A DNA stretch of 32,000 nucleotides from Vibrio vulnificus CMCP6 (GCF_000039765.1 NC_004459.3:480001-512000); one strand, 5' to 3'; counted from the stretch's first letter, positions 17,995-28,883 are shown. Program-made: numbers and translations. The notes: a model not told the origin generated them from the letters alone.

Positions 17995-18336
17995 TTAGTT
18001 TTGGTATTCATTCCAACCACGCTGCCATTCCATGCGGAATTTTTGTGCTTGCTCTGTCCCTTCACAAACACCTTCATAGTATTGACCAGAGAGTCCCATC
18101 TGATAGGCAAAATCGGGGTTACAATATTCCGCTACCCCTTCAAGGTAACCTTGTTCATAGTCACTTTTGTTCACTTCACCTAACTCCACCAACGCTTTAT
18201 AGCTACGCTGAGTGTGTCCTGCGATACCATCTTGATAACCAATTTGCTGCCAATCGCCTTGCTGAGCGAGTTGCTCTGTTGAAGCGACGCAACCCGCCAG
18301 CAGAAACACGGCCAATCCTAGCGCACTTGTTTTCAT
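17995..18336 (-). CDS. DUF2799-like putative lipoprotein
   Basis: Lipobox LAGC; DWQQIGYQDGIAG... repeated GYxxG/GxxxG pattern; 113 aa. Confidence 0.72.
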   Translation of the reverse strand: MKTSALGLAVFLLAGCVASTEQLAQQGDWQQIGYQDGIAGHTQRSYKALVELGEVNKSDYEQGYLEGVAEYCNPDFAYQMGLSGQYYEGVCEGTEQAQKFRMEWQRGWNEYQN

Positions 18337-18424
18337 TCCATTTCCTTAACTGATTGTTTGTGCAAATACATTATCATCAAAACAGCGAATATGCCGCTCG
18401 TGCACAAAAAATAGTTTTGTTCCG

Positions 18425-18492
18425 ACCATTGAGCAAACGTTAAAACCACTTAATTGGCCCATCGACCACTCAACTCGATATTCGACCACTGA
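18425..18492 (+). promoter_or_regulatory. Array of four phased ACCA(C/T)T(N)A boxes, candidate LytTR (BtsR-like) operator of cstA
   Basis: ACCATTGA 18425, ACCACTTA 18445, ACCACTCA 18465, ACCACTGA 18485; exact 20-bp period. Confidence 0.68.
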
Positions 18493-18572
18493 CTTCATCA
18501 CCGAATGCATCTCGCCAAACCACGCTTTACTATCCATCCTGAGCTTAATTAATTATCCAAGGACAAATTGCT

Positions 18573-20057
18573 ATGATGTGGTTTCTTACCTGTGTCGCAG
18601 CCCTGATTGGCGGATACTTCATCTACGGTGCTTTCGTTGAGAAAGTATTTGGTATCAATGAAAATCGCCGTACCCCTGCCCATACAAAAACCGACGGCGT
18701 TGACTATGTGCCAATGTCGACCCAAAAAGTCTACTTAGTGCAACTCCTTAACATTGCTGGCGTTGGCCCTATCTTTGGTCCAATCATGGGTGCCCTATAC
18801 GGCCCTGCGGCGATGCTTTGGATTGTTGTCGGCTGTATCTTCGCTGGTGCAGTACACGATTACTTCTCTGGCATGCTTTCTGTGCGTAACGGTGGTGCTT
18901 CTGTACCGACCATCACAGGTCGCTACCTTGGCAATGGCGCGAAACACTTTATGAACATTTTTGCCATTGTCTTGCTGCTGCTTGTTGGTGTGGTATTCGT
19001 TTCCGCCCCGGCTGGCATGATCACCAATCTGATCAATGACCAAACCAGCTTCTCTGTGAGCATGACAACCATGGTGGTGGTGATTTTTGCTTACTACATC
19101 ATCGCGACCATCGTACCGGTTGATAAAATCATCGGTCGCTTCTACCCACTGTTTGGTGCGTTACTGATTTTCATGTCTGTTGGTCTGATGACGGCGATTG
19201 CATTCTCTTCTGAGCACACGGTGATGGGTGATTTCCAAGTCAGCGACATGTTCACTAACTTGAACCCGAATGATATGCCTCTGTGGCCAGCTCTGTTCAT
19301 CACTATTGCTTGTGGTGCGATCTCTGGCTTCCACGCAACGCAATCACCTTTGATGGCTCGTTGTATGGAAAATGAGAAAAACGGCCGCTTTGTCTTCTAC
19401 GGCGCGATGATTGGTGAAGGTGTTATCGCACTGATCTGGTGTGCTATCGCACTCTCGTTCTTCGGCACACTTGAAGGACTAGCAGAAGCGGTGAAAAACG
19501 GTGGCCCTGGCAACGTGGTTTACAGCGCATCATTTGGTCTGCTTGGCGTATTTGGTGGCGTGATTGCCTTCCTAGGTGTGGTGATTCTGCCTATCACTTC
19601 GGGTGACACGGCGTTCCGCTCTAGCCGTTTGATTCTTGCTGAATACTTCAACATGGAACAGAAAACCCTACGTAACCGCCTGTTGATGGCCGTACCACTG
19701 TTCGTACTGGGTGGCATTCTGACTCAAGTCGATTTCGGCATCATCTGGCGCTACTTCGGTTTTGCCAACCAAACCACCGCAGTCATGATGTTGTGGACAG
19801 CATCAGCTTACCTACTGCGTCACAACAAGCTACATTGGATCACCACAGTGCCCGCTTTCTTCATGACAACGGTTTGTGTGACCTTTATCCTCAACAACAG
19901 CGCGCTGGGCTTTGGTTTGCCAATGCAACTCTCCACCATTGCTGGCGTAATCTTCGCGGCAGCGGTAACCGGTTACGTGATTAAAACATCAAAAGGCAAA
20001 GGCGAAACGGACCTTGCCGATGAGGAAAAACCTCAAGGCGTCACTGAAACCGCGTAA
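18573..20057 (+). CDS. cstA: CstA/BtsT-family carbon starvation (peptide/pyruvate) transporter, short form (494 aa)
   Basis: LLNIAGVGPIFGPIMGALYGPAAMLWIVVGCIFAGAVHDYFSGMLSVRNGG, ISGFHATQSPLMARC, LPITSGDTAFRS. Confidence 0.93.
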   Translation: MMWFLTCVAALIGGYFIYGAFVEKVFGINENRRTPAHTKTDGVDYVPMSTQKVYLVQLLNIAGVGPIFGPIMGALYGPAAMLWIVVGCIFAGAVHDYFSGMLSVRNGGASVPTITGRYLGNGAKHFMNIFAIVLLLLVGVVFVSAPAGMITNLINDQTSFSVSMTTMVVVIFAYYIIATIVPVDKIIGRFYPLFGALLIFMSVGLMTAIAFSSEHTVMGDFQVSDMFTNLNPNDMPLWPALFITIACGAISGFHATQSPLMARCMENEKNGRFVFYGAMIGEGVIALIWCAIALSFFGTLEGLAEAVKNGGPGNVVYSASFGLLGVFGGVIAFLGVVILPITSGDTAFRSSRLILAEYFNMEQKTLRNRLLMAVPLFVLGGILTQVDFGIIWRYFGFANQTTAVMMLWTASAYLLRHNKLHWITTVPAFFMTTVCVTFILNNSALGFGLPMQLSTIAGVIFAAAVTGYVIKTSKGKGETDLADEEKPQGVTETA

Positions 20058-20083
20058 TCAATCCACCTTTGCTTGCTAAACCC

Positions 20084-20115
20084 AACAGAGCCTGCCAAGT
20101 GTAGGCTCTGTTTTT
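20084..20115 (+). terminator. Rho-independent terminator downstream of cstA
   Basis: AACAGAGCCTGC-CAAGT-GTAGGCTCTGTTTTT. Confidence 0.9.
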
Positions 20116-20225
20116 ATCCACTAAACTCAGGCAGACTAACGCTTTCTCACTTTCGGTGTTGTCAATAATCGTGACTCACAAACGCTGATGCCACCGACAA
20201 CAAACAGTAGCCACGAAGAGGCAAT

Positions 20226-21908
20226 ATGGAACTGGTGATTTCACTGCTACAACAGATGTGTGTCTATCTTGTTTTAGCCTATATGCTCAGCAAGACCCCC
20301 ATCATCTTACCACTGCTGAACATCTCATCGCGTTTGAGCCACCGCGTTCTGTGCTACTTATTGTTTTCCGCCTTCTGTATCTTGGGCACCTACTTTGGTT
20401 TACACATCAATGACGCCATAGCCAATACTCGTGCAATTGGGGCAGTCATGGGCGGCTTGTTTGGCGGGCCGATTGTGGGCTTTGCCGTGGGATTAACCGG
20501 TGGTTTACATCGCTACACCTTAGGAGGATTCACCGATTTAGCCTGCGCGATTTCGACCACAGCGGAAGGCTTGATTGGTGGCTTGCTGCATATCTATCTA
20601 ATCAAGAAAAACAAAGGTGCCCAACTGTTCAACCCCTCCGTGGTGTTTAGCATCACCTTCGTCGCCGAAATAATACAAATGATCATTTTGCTGGTGGTCG
20701 CTAAGCCCTTTGATCAAGCGTACAGCCTCGTTTCGACCATTGCCGCCCCCATGATCATTGCCAACTCGGTGGGTGCCGCGTTGTTTATGAGCATTTTACA
20801 AGACAGAAAAACCATCTTTGAAAAGTACTCCGCCACCTTTTCGCGTCGGGCATTGACCATTGCGGATCGCTCTGTGGGTATCTTGCACACGGGCTTTAAC
20901 AGTGCCAACGCAGAAAAAATCGCCCGCATTATTTATGAAGAAACCAATGTGGGCGCGGTTGCGATCACCGACCAAGAGAAGATTCTCGCGTTTGTCGGCA
21001 TTGGGGATGATCACCACAAGCCTAATACGCCCATTTCGTCGCAAAGCACCCTTGATTCGATGAGTCAAAACGCCATCATTTATCTCGATGGTAGCGAGCG
21101 TCCATATCAATGCTCTCTCGCTTCCGACTGTAAATTAGGCTCGGCACTGATCATTCCACTACGAGCAGGCAAAGAGGTGGTGGGAACCATTAAGCTGTAC
21201 GAGCCAAAGCGCAAGTTGTTTTCAACCATTAATATGTCGATGGCCGAAGGCATTGCCCAACTGCTTTCCAGCCAAATTCTCTATGGCGATTATCAGCAAC
21301 AACAAACGCTGCTGACGCAATCGGAGATTAAGCTGCTGCATGCTCAAGTGAATCCGCATTTCTTATTCAACGCGCTAAACACGATTAGCGCGGTGATTCG
21401 TCGCGATCCTGACAAAGCACGTGAACTGATTCAAAATTTGTCACACTTCTTTCGCAGCAACTTAAAACAGAACATCAACACCGTCACACTGAAAGAAGAG
21501 CTGGCGCATGTGAATGCCTACCTCAGCATTGAAAAAGCACGTTTTGCTGACCGCCTAGAGATAGAGATTGATATCACGCCAGAGCTGTTCGACACAAAAC
21601 TGCCCAGCTTTACCTTGCAGCCTTTGGTGGAAAACGCCATTAAGCATGGTATTTCAAATATGCTTGAGGGAGGACGGGTGCGCATTTACAGCCAATCTTG
21701 TGAGCAAGGTGATGTCATCGTGGTCGAAGATAATGCAGGTAGCTATCAGCCCCCAGCAGAAAATCATTCAGGACTGGGAATGGAAATAGTCGATAAACGG
21801 CTGACGCACCATTTTGGGCGTGACTCAGCACTAAAAATCGAGGCGAAAGAGCATCAATTTACTAAAATGAGCTTTATCATTCCCCGCAGCCATCACACTG
21901 CAATTTAG
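20226..21908 (+). CDS. btsS: LytS/BtsS-type sensor histidine kinase (5TM-5TMR_LYT, GAF, His_kinase)
   Basis: GAVMGGLFGGPIVGFAVGLTGGLHRYTLGG, LHAQVNPHFLFNALNTISAVIRR, LPSFTLQPLVENAIKHG. Confidence 0.9.
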   Translation: MELVISLLQQMCVYLVLAYMLSKTPIILPLLNISSRLSHRVLCYLLFSAFCILGTYFGLHINDAIANTRAIGAVMGGLFGGPIVGFAVGLTGGLHRYTLGGFTDLACAISTTAEGLIGGLLHIYLIKKNKGAQLFNPSVVFSITFVAEIIQMIILLVVAKPFDQAYSLVSTIAAPMIIANSVGAALFMSILQDRKTIFEKYSATFSRRALTIADRSVGILHTGFNSANAEKIARIIYEETNVGAVAITDQEKILAFVGIGDDHHKPNTPISSQSTLDSMSQNAIIYLDGSERPYQCSLASDCKLGSALIIPLRAGKEVVGTIKLYEPKRKLFSTINMSMAEGIAQLLSSQILYGDYQQQQTLLTQSEIKLLHAQVNPHFLFNALNTISAVIRRDPDKARELIQNLSHFFRSNLKQNINTVTLKEELAHVNAYLSIEKARFADRLEIEIDITPELFDTKLPSFTLQPLVENAIKHGISNMLEGGRVRIYSQSCEQGDVIVVEDNAGSYQPPAENHSGLGMEIVDKRLTHHFGRDSALKIEAKEHQFTKMSFIIPRSHHTAI

Positions 21909-21927
21909 CCAACAAGGTAGTAAACGG

Positions 21928-22656
21928 ATGTTGACCGCACTGGTAATCGACGATGAACCTTTTGCTCGCGAAGAGCTTACAGACCTGCTTAGCGAAACAG
22001 GTGACATTGATGTGATTGGCGACGCCGCCAACGCGATTGTCGGCTTAAAGAAAATTAATGAGTTAAAACCGGATGTGGTGTTTCTCGATATTCAGATGCC
22101 GCAAGTCACGGGCATTGAACTGCTGGGCATGATGGATCCCGACACCATGCCTTACGTGGTGTTTGTCACCGCCTACGATCAATACGCCATCCAAGCCTTT
22201 GAAGATAATGCGTTTGATTACCTACTCAAGCCCGTTGATCCGGAACGCTTACGTAAAACGGTTAAACGTCTAAGTAAAGCCGCCAGTCATTCCGCCTTGA
22301 GCCAGCACATCGCCAGTTTAGCCCCAGAGACCCTCGATCAAATTCCCTGTATTGGTCACAACCGCATTGTGATCATGGCGACAGAGAGCGTTGAATGCGC
22401 CTACAGCGACATCAGTGGTGTGCATGTGCGCTCAGCCAGCCAAACCGCCAGTACTCAGCTCACCTTAAAAGTTCTGGAAGAAAAAACCTCATTGGTGCGC
22501 TGCCACCGCCAATACCTGATCAGTATTAAAGCCATCAGCGAGATCAAACTGCTGGAAAATGGGTTAGCGGAAATCATCACTAAAACTGGATTTGAAGTGC
22601 CCGTCAGTCGCCGCTACCTGAAATTGCTCAAAGAGATGCTGGGACTCAGCCATTAA
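21928..22656 (+). CDS. btsR: LytTR-family response regulator (BtsR-like)
   Basis: Receiver domain MLTALVIDDEPFAREEL...DVVFLDIQMPQVTG; C-terminal LytTR EEKTSLVRCHRQYLISIKAISEIKLLENG. Confidence 0.9.
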   Translation: MLTALVIDDEPFAREELTDLLSETGDIDVIGDAANAIVGLKKINELKPDVVFLDIQMPQVTGIELLGMMDPDTMPYVVFVTAYDQYAIQAFEDNAFDYLLKPVDPERLRKTVKRLSKAASHSALSQHIASLAPETLDQIPCIGHNRIVIMATESVECAYSDISGVHVRSASQTASTQLTLKVLEEKTSLVRCHRQYLISIKAISEIKLLENGLAEIITKTGFEVPVSRRYLKLLKEMLGLSH

Positions 22657-22681
22657 AAATGGCGATACTGAGATCGCCATT
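22655..22681 (-). terminator. Terminator of the ispH-side transcript, in the btsR/ispH convergent gap
   Basis: AATGGCGAT-ACTGAG-ATCGCCATT; minus strand continues into TTTTT. Confidence 0.7.
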
Positions 22682-22724
22682 AGTAGGGTCTATTGACCTT
22701 AGGTATTCAAATCAGGGTGACTCG

Positions 22725-23687
22725 TTAGTCAATCTGCTTAATTTGCAGCTCTTTAGGCACTTCAAAGAACATGTTCTCTTCACGGCCTAGCACTTCTTCA
22801 ACCGATTGAGCACCCAACTCTTTAATGCGAGTTAGGATTTGATTGACCAGTTCTTCTGGTGCAGAGGCCCCTGCCGTTACGCCCACTTTGACTTTGCCAT
22901 CAAACCATTGTGGCTCAATGTCTTGCGGACAATCTGTTAAGTAAGCAGGTGTGCCTAGTTTTTCCGCCAACTCTTTTAGTCGGGTCGAGTTTGAGGAGTT
23001 CTTTGAACCAACTACCACTACCACGTCGACATCTTTCGCCAATTCACGCACCGCATCCTGGCGGTTTTGTGTCGCATAGCAGATATCGTCTTTGCGTGGG
23101 CCTTGGATCTCTGGGAAAACTCGACGCAACTCATCAATCACGTCCGCGGTTTCATCCACCGATAAGGTCGTTTGGCTTACGTAGTGCAAGTTGCTCGGAT
23201 CTTTAACAATGGCTTTCAAGCCAAGTACATCTTCCGGTTTTTCTACAAGGTACATGCCACCCTGCAAGCTGGCATATTGACCCATGGTGCCTTCTACCTC
23301 TGGGTGGCCCGCATGGCCGATCAGCACCACTTCCATATGCTTACGGCTGGCTCTCGCCACTTCCATATGCACTTTCGTCACCAATGGGCATGTCGCATCA
23401 AACACAGTTAGCGCACGCTCTTTGGCTTCCTGACGCACCGCTTGAGACACGCCATGAGCAGAGAAAATAACAATATTGTCGTCTGGCACTTCATGCAACT
23501 CTTCGACAAAGATCGCGCCGCGCTGCTTTAAGCCTTCCACCACAAAACGGTTGTGCACCACTTCATGGCGTACGTAGATAGGCGGTTGATACAGTTCCAG
23601 TGCACGCTCAACAATACTGATGGCACGGTCGACACCCGCACAGAATCCACGTGGGTTCGCTAACAAGATTTTCATTTCATTGCTCAT
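22725..23687 (-). CDS. ispH: 4-hydroxy-3-methylbut-2-enyl diphosphate reductase
   Basis: [59 protein letters not shown]. Confidence 0.97.
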   Translation of the reverse strand: MSNEMKILLANPRGFCAGVDRAISIVERALELYQPPIYVRHEVVHNRFVVEGLKQRGAIFVEELHEVPDDNIVIFSAHGVSQAVRQEAKERALTVFDATCPLVTKVHMEVARASRKHMEVVLIGHAGHPEVEGTMGQYASLQGGMYLVEKPEDVLGLKAIVKDPSNLHYVSQTTLSVDETADVIDELRRVFPEIQGPRKDDICYATQNRQDAVRELAKDVDVVVVVGSKNSSNSTRLKELAEKLGTPAYLTDCPQDIEPQWFDGKVKVGVTAGASAPEELVNQILTRIKELGAQSVEEVLGREENMFFEVPKELQIKQID

Positions 23688-23707
23688 GGTAGTTTTCTTT
23701 TCGCTGG

Positions 23708-24139
23708 CTATTCTACTGACAAAATTTCAACTTCAAAAGTCACATCTTGGCCTGCAAGTGGGTGATTGAAATCCACCGTCACTGAATCACCAGCAATTTC
23801 AGTAATGATGCCAGGGATCTCCATGCCATCCGGCCCACTGAACGCCATGATGGTGCCGACTTCCACTTGCGCTTCGCCAACAAATTTCGAGCGGTCCATA
23901 TGATGAATATGGTCTGGGTTAGGCATGCCAAAAGCGTCCGCTGCTTTTAGCTCAATCGCTTTGTTTTCCCCTACCGTGAGACCAAGCAAACACTGCTCAA
24001 AATTCTCACTTAAACTGCCATCGCCCATAACAAACTTCGCGGGTTTGCCCATATTGTGCGTGCTGTCTGCGACAGAACCGTCTTTCATTTTTATCGTAAA
24101 ATGCAGTGTGACTGCGGAATTATTATTGATTGTACTCAC
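23708..24139 (-). CDS. fkpB: FKBP-type peptidyl-prolyl cis-trans isomerase, SlpA/FkpB-like
   Basis: [18 protein letters not shown]...[16 protein letters not shown]...[18 protein letters not shown]; ispH neighbour. Confidence 0.93.
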   Translation of the reverse strand: MSTINNNSAVTLHFTIKMKDGSVADSTHNMGKPAKFVMGDGSLSENFEQCLLGLTVGENKAIELKAADAFGMPNPDHIHHMDRSKFVGEAQVEVGTIMAFSGPDGMEIPGIITEIAGDSVTVDFNHPLAGQDVTFEVEILSVE

Positions 24140-24322
24140 GTTACTGCTTCCTTGAGGTCATTATTGTTTTTGTTGGTGTATACCCTAAATAGTGGGAGTT
24201 GCGGCTAGGCGACAAGATAATTCATCCCTATGAGCATAATGCGCTATGTAATTAGGGCGGCTGGCGTACCGGGAAATTATCGCAGTCAACAACGCTGCAG
24301 CTTCAAATATGACGGGTATACT

Positions 24323-24356
24323 AAAAAGCGTCGCCAGAATCAACCGACGACGCTTA
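24323..24356 (-). terminator. Rho-independent terminator downstream of lspA
   Basis: Minus strand AGCGTCG...CGACGCT stem followed by TTTTT (24323-24327). Confidence 0.75.
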
Positions 24357-24380
24357 GGGTTATTCGCGATCTCGCAAAGA

Positions 24381-24887
24381 TTACTTCTCTTCTTCCTTTT
24401 TCCGGAAGCCATCGAGAATGATCATCGCCGCGCCAAGACAAATTGCCGTGTCGGCTAAGTTGAACGCAGGCCAATGGTAAGTACCCCAGTAAAAGTCGAG
24501 GTAATCCACCACAAAGCCATGCACCATGCGATCAAACACGTTGCCAATCGCACCACCAATGATCATGGCATAAGCGACATTATTCCATTTTTCTGCCGCT
24601 GGTAGCTTGCTCATCCAGTAGGTCAATAGACCCGTGACCACAAAAGCAATACCGGTAAATAACCAGCGTTGCCAACCGGCTTGATCGCTCAAAAAGCTAA
24701 ATGCGGCACCGTAGTTATGCACATAGAGCAGGTTAAAGAAAGGCAAAACCTCAATGCGATTTGCCCAGCCATACCCCATGTTTTCCATCACAATGAATTT
24801 AATACCGATATCGGCTAAAAACACCACCAGTGCCAGCCACAACCAACGTACACCCGTTTGTTTGAATATCTGCGCTTTACCGCTCAT
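24381..24887 (-). CDS. lspA: Lipoprotein signal peptidase (signal peptidase II)
   Basis: [63 protein letters not shown]. Confidence 0.97.
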
Positions 24888-24897
24888 CTTTCTTCCT

Positions 24898-24923
24898 AAA
24901 AATAACCCCAGTCGATACTGGGG
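24898..24923 (-). terminator. Intra-operon terminator-like hairpin between ileS and lspA
   Basis: Minus strand CCCCAGT-ATCG-ACTGGGG-TTATTTTT. Confidence 0.55.
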
Positions 24924-24965
24924 CTATAAAATTTAAAAAAAGTTCAATCGTATTAAAGAGACCGA

Positions 24966-27812
24966 TTAAGCGAACTTACGCGCTTCGCCTTCACCATCCA
25001 CGTTCGACACACAACGGCCACAAATCTTCTCGTGACCTTCAATGGTGCCTACGTCTGGAGTGTGGTGCCAACAACGGTCACACTTCTCAGCTTCCGTTGC
25101 ACGAACTGCGACGAACAGACCTTCGATGTCGGTGGCTTGCGCAGCATCTGATTTCTCGCTCAGTGGTTTCACTGTTGCGGCAGACGTGAGCAGAACAAAG
25201 CGCAGTTCATCTTCCAGCTTGTTGATTTTCGCCGCTAGGGCATCGTCAGCAAATAGAGTCAATTCTGCTTGTAGAGAACCACCAATGGTTTTATCACTAC
25301 GTGCCGCTTCCAGCAGTTTGTTCACCGCACCACGCACTTTCTGCATTTCAGACCAGAATGCGTTGTTCAGTTCTTCACCTTCAGCAAGACCAAACAGACC
25401 ATCGAACCACTCACCGGTGAAGACGAACTTGTCACGGCTTTCTCCACTAGGAAGAGAAGCTGGCATTTGATTCCAGATTTCATCGGCAGTGAACGACATA
25501 ATCGGAGCCATCCAACGAACCAAGGCTTCTACGATGTAGTACAGCGCAGTTTGGCAGCTACGTTGCGCGTGACCACCCAGTTTGGCGGTGTACTGACGGT
25601 CTTTGATCACATCAAGATAGAATGAACCCATCTCGATAGAACAGAAGTGCATCAAGCGCTGTGTGACTGCGTGCGTATTGTACTCATCGTACGCTTTAAC
25701 AATTTCATTTTGCGCCGCCAGTGCACGACCAACTGCCCAACGGTCAAGCGCGACCATCTCTTCAACTGGCACGATATCCGTTTCAGGATTAAAGCCGTTC
25801 AAGTTAGCAAGGAAGAAGCGCGCAGTGTTACGAATACGACGGTAAGCGTCGGCTGAACGTTTTAAGATTTCATCAGAAACCGCAACTTCACCCGTGTAGT
25901 CTGTAGAAGCAACCCATAGACGCAGGATGTCTGCACCCAATTTGTTGGTGACATCTTTTGGCGCAACCACGTTACCGATCGATTTCGACATTTTACGACC
26001 ATGGCCGTCAACCACGAAACCATGCGTCAATACTTGCTTGTAAGGCGCTTTGCCTTTCATCGCAATAGAAGAGATCAATGAAGATTGGAACCAACCACGG
26101 TGTTGGTCTGAACCTTCAAGGTACATATCTGCTTCCGCACCGTTGAACTCTTCACGTTTGTCTACCACTGCGTAGTGTGTTACGCCGGAATCAAACCAAA
26201 CGTCTAGGGTATCCAGGACTTTCTCATATTGAGCTGCGTCATCACCCAGCAATTCCGCTGCATCGATATCCCACCATGCTTGAATGCCTTTTTGCTCCAC
26301 CACTTGAGCGACTTTTTCAATCAGCTCAGACGTGTTTGGATGCAGCTCTGCGGTTTCTTTGTGCACGAACAGGGCAATTGGCACACCCCAAGTACGTTGA
26401 CGTGAGATACACCATTCAGGACGACCTTCGATCATCCCTTCGATACGGCTTTGACCCCACTCAGGCATCCACTGAACACCTTTGATAGACTCAAGCGCTT
26501 TAGCACGCAGGCCAGCTTGGTCCATAGAAACGAACCATTGAGGAGTTGCACGGAAGATGATCGGCGTTTTATGGCGCCAGCAATGTGGGTAGCTGTGCTC
26601 GTAAGCGTGGTGATGCAATAGCGCGCCTTTTTCTTTTAGCGTTTCTACTACAGCGTCATTCGCTTTAAATACGTGCTGACCAGCAAATAGTTCTGTGTCT
26701 GGTAGGTAAACACCGTTTGAGCCCACTGGGTTTGCCACTTCTAGGTTGTACTTTTGGCCAACCGCAAAGTCTTCCTGACCGTGGCCAGGCGCAGTGTGAA
26801 CCACACCAGTACCTGAGTCAGTCGTCACGTGATCACCAAGGATCGCCGGAACAGTGAAATCGTAGAATGGGTGTTGGAACTGAGTAAGCTCAAGATCCGC
26901 ACCTTTGGCAAAACCAAGGTTATGGAAGTGCTCGATACCCGCACGATCCATCACGTCTTTCGCCAATTCCGCCGCAACGATAATACGCTCAGGGTTGTCA
27001 CCCTCAACTTGGATAAGCACGTACTCAAGATCATCACGCAGACACACTGCGCGGTTTGCAGGAAGTGTCCAAGGCGTAGTTGTCCAGATGACGATGGAAA
27101 CGTCACCCTGACCTTGATGGCCTTCATTCAAAGAGAATTTCGCTAATAGTGCAGCTTCGTCAGCAGCCTTAAAGCGCACATCAATAGAAGGAGACACTTT
27201 GTTCTTGTACTCAACTTCTGCTTCTGCCAATGCAGAACCACAATCGGTACACCAATGAACAGGTTTGAAACCTTTCAATAAGTGACCGTTATCAGCGATC
27301 TGACCAAGCGCACGGATGATGTTGGCTTCCGTCGTGAAGTCCATGGTGCGGTAAGGTTTATCCCACTCACCCATGATGCCAAGACGTTTAAAGCTCTCTT
27401 TTTGACCTTCTACTTGGCCTGCTGCGTATTCACGACATTTTTCACGGAACTCAGCAGCCGTCACTTTTTGACCTGGCTTACCCACTTTTTTCTCTACCAT
27501 CAATTCAATTGGCAGACCGTGGCAGTCCCAACCTGGAACGTAAGGTGCGTCAAAACCTGAAAGTGTTTTGGATTTAATAATAATGTCTTTAAGAATCTTG
27601 TTTAGTGCGTGACCAATGTGAATATCACCGTTTGCATATGGAGGACCATCGTGCAACACAAATGATTTCTTGCCTTTTTTCGCTTTACGGATTTCACCGT
27701 AAAGGTCTTCTTGATACCAACGCTTTAGCATTTCTGGCTCACGTTTAGCCAGATCGCCGCGCATCGGAAACCCTGTTTCAGGTAAGTTCAGGGTATCTTT
27801 ATACTCACTCAT
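24966..27812 (-). CDS. ileS: Isoleucine--tRNA ligase
   Basis: [12 protein letters not shown] (HIGH), KMSKSIGN (KMSKS), C-terminal zinc-binding [12 protein letters not shown]...CGRCVSN. Confidence 0.98.
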   Translation of the reverse strand: MSEYKDTLNLPETGFPMRGDLAKREPEMLKRWYQEDLYGEIRKAKKGKKSFVLHDGPPYANGDIHIGHALNKILKDIIIKSKTLSGFDAPYVPGWDCHGLPIELMVEKKVGKPGQKVTAAEFREKCREYAAGQVEGQKESFKRLGIMGEWDKPYRTMDFTTEANIIRALGQIADNGHLLKGFKPVHWCTDCGSALAEAEVEYKNKVSPSIDVRFKAADEAALLAKFSLNEGHQGQGDVSIVIWTTTPWTLPANRAVCLRDDLEYVLIQVEGDNPERIIVAAELAKDVMDRAGIEHFHNLGFAKGADLELTQFQHPFYDFTVPAILGDHVTTDSGTGVVHTAPGHGQEDFAVGQKYNLEVANPVGSNGVYLPDTELFAGQHVFKANDAVVETLKEKGALLHHHAYEHSYPHCWRHKTPIIFRATPQWFVSMDQAGLRAKALESIKGVQWMPEWGQSRIEGMIEGRPEWCISRQRTWGVPIALFVHKETAELHPNTSELIEKVAQVVEQKGIQAWWDIDAAELLGDDAAQYEKVLDTLDVWFDSGVTHYAVVDKREEFNGAEADMYLEGSDQHRGWFQSSLISSIAMKGKAPYKQVLTHGFVVDGHGRKMSKSIGNVVAPKDVTNKLGADILRLWVASTDYTGEVAVSDEILKRSADAYRRIRNTARFFLANLNGFNPETDIVPVEEMVALDRWAVGRALAAQNEIVKAYDEYNTHAVTQRLMHFCSIEMGSFYLDVIKDRQYTAKLGGHAQRSCQTALYYIVEALVRWMAPIMSFTADEIWNQMPASLPSGESRDKFVFTGEWFDGLFGLAEGEELNNAFWSEMQKVRGAVNKLLEAARSDKTIGGSLQAELTLFADDALAAKINKLEDELRFVLLTSAATVKPLSEKSDAAQATDIEGLFVAVRATEAEKCDRCWHHTPDVGTIEGHEKICGRCVSNVDGEGEARKFA

Positions 27813-27876
27813 CGATTCTTAATTCCGTTATATTGGGCGAAAGTTAGACATTATGTTGTTCGGTGGAATAAACCGT

Positions 27877-28812
27877 TCAACGCTTTAGCTGACGCAGCCA
27901 CACCCTTGCTGCCTCAGCATCCAATTCAATTTGCTGTTTGAGTGCGTCAAAAGACTCAAACTTCTTTTCATCACGCAGTTTATGCAAAAGTACCACTTCT
28001 AACTGCTTGCCATACAAGTTGGCTTGAAAGTCGAATAAATGTACCTCTAACTGCTGACGCACGCCGTTAACCGTCGGTCTTTGGCCAATATTGGCCACAC
28101 CACCAATCGGTTTGTTATCCAAGCCTAACGCTTGAACGACATACACGCCAGAGACGGGAGAAACACAGCGTTTTAGCGGAATATTGGCGGTAGGAAAACC
28201 TATCGTCCTGCCTAATTTACGGCCATGTGAAACACGTCCGCTAATGCTGTAATCCCGCCCTAACATTTGAGCGGCAACCGCTAGCTGATCGTGAGCAAGC
28301 GCTTCACGAATGGCGGTACTACTAACTCTTAACTGCGCTAAACAGAAGCTTTGGGTATTCACTACGGTGAAACCGTATTTTTTGCCCGCTTCTTGCAGCA
28401 TGGCAAAATTGCCTTGTCTTGCTTTACCAAAACAAAAGTCATCGCCAACAACGAGAAACTTAACACCCAAACGCTCAACCAACAAGTCGCGAATAAAGGC
28501 ATCCGCATCTAAGGAAGCGAAATGACGATTAAAGTTGACGCACAACAATCGGTCGATCTCAAGCTTACCCAATTGGACAAACTTATCGCGTAAACGCGTT
28601 AAGCGCGCAGGGGCTTTCTCTTTGGCAAACAGCTCTAAAGGCTGAGGTTCAAATGTCATCACGACAGAAGGTAACGACATTTCCCTAGCTCGCAGAGAGA
28701 CTTGACGCAACACTTCTTGGTGCCCTAAATGCACACCATCAAAGTTACCTATGGTCAATACACAGCCGCGATGCTGTGGTTTTATATTGTGTATACCTCG
28801 TATCAGTTCCAT
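27877..28812 (-). CDS. ribF: Bifunctional riboflavin kinase / FAD synthetase
   Basis: MELIRGIHNIKPQHRGCVLTIGNFDGVHLGHQ, GVHxGH motif. The track start at 28857 adds 15 codons; ATG 28810-28812 is the likely start. Confidence 0.95.
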   Translation of the reverse strand: MELIRGIHNIKPQHRGCVLTIGNFDGVHLGHQEVLRQVSLRAREMSLPSVVMTFEPQPLELFAKEKAPARLTRLRDKFVQLGKLEIDRLLCVNFNRHFASLDADAFIRDLLVERLGVKFLVVGDDFCFGKARQGNFAMLQEAGKKYGFTVVNTQSFCLAQLRVSSTAIREALAHDQLAVAAQMLGRDYSISGRVSHGRKLGRTIGFPTANIPLKRCVSPVSGVYVVQALGLDNKPIGGVANIGQRPTVNGVRQQLEVHLFDFQANLYGKQLEVVLLHKLRDEKKFESFDALKQQIELDAEAARVWLRQLKR

Positions 28813-28883
28813 TTGGATACAGCGAAATGCCTCTGTTTTCGTTTTATGCAGTGTCAAACTGGCGGATTATATACCAATCCACC

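Noticed and set aside
18519-18524. Fifth ACCACG box downstream of the cstA repeat array
   Set aside because: 34 bp from the last box rather than 20, and diverged sequence; excluded from the phased set.
24185-24412. 75-aa minus-strand ORF overlapping the lspA 3' end
   Set aside because: No family similarity, overlaps lspA and its terminator in another frame, opposed by an equally long plus-strand ORF.
26829-27146. 105-aa plus-strand ORF antisense to ileS
   Set aside because: Antisense to a highly conserved region of ileS; codon-constraint shadow.
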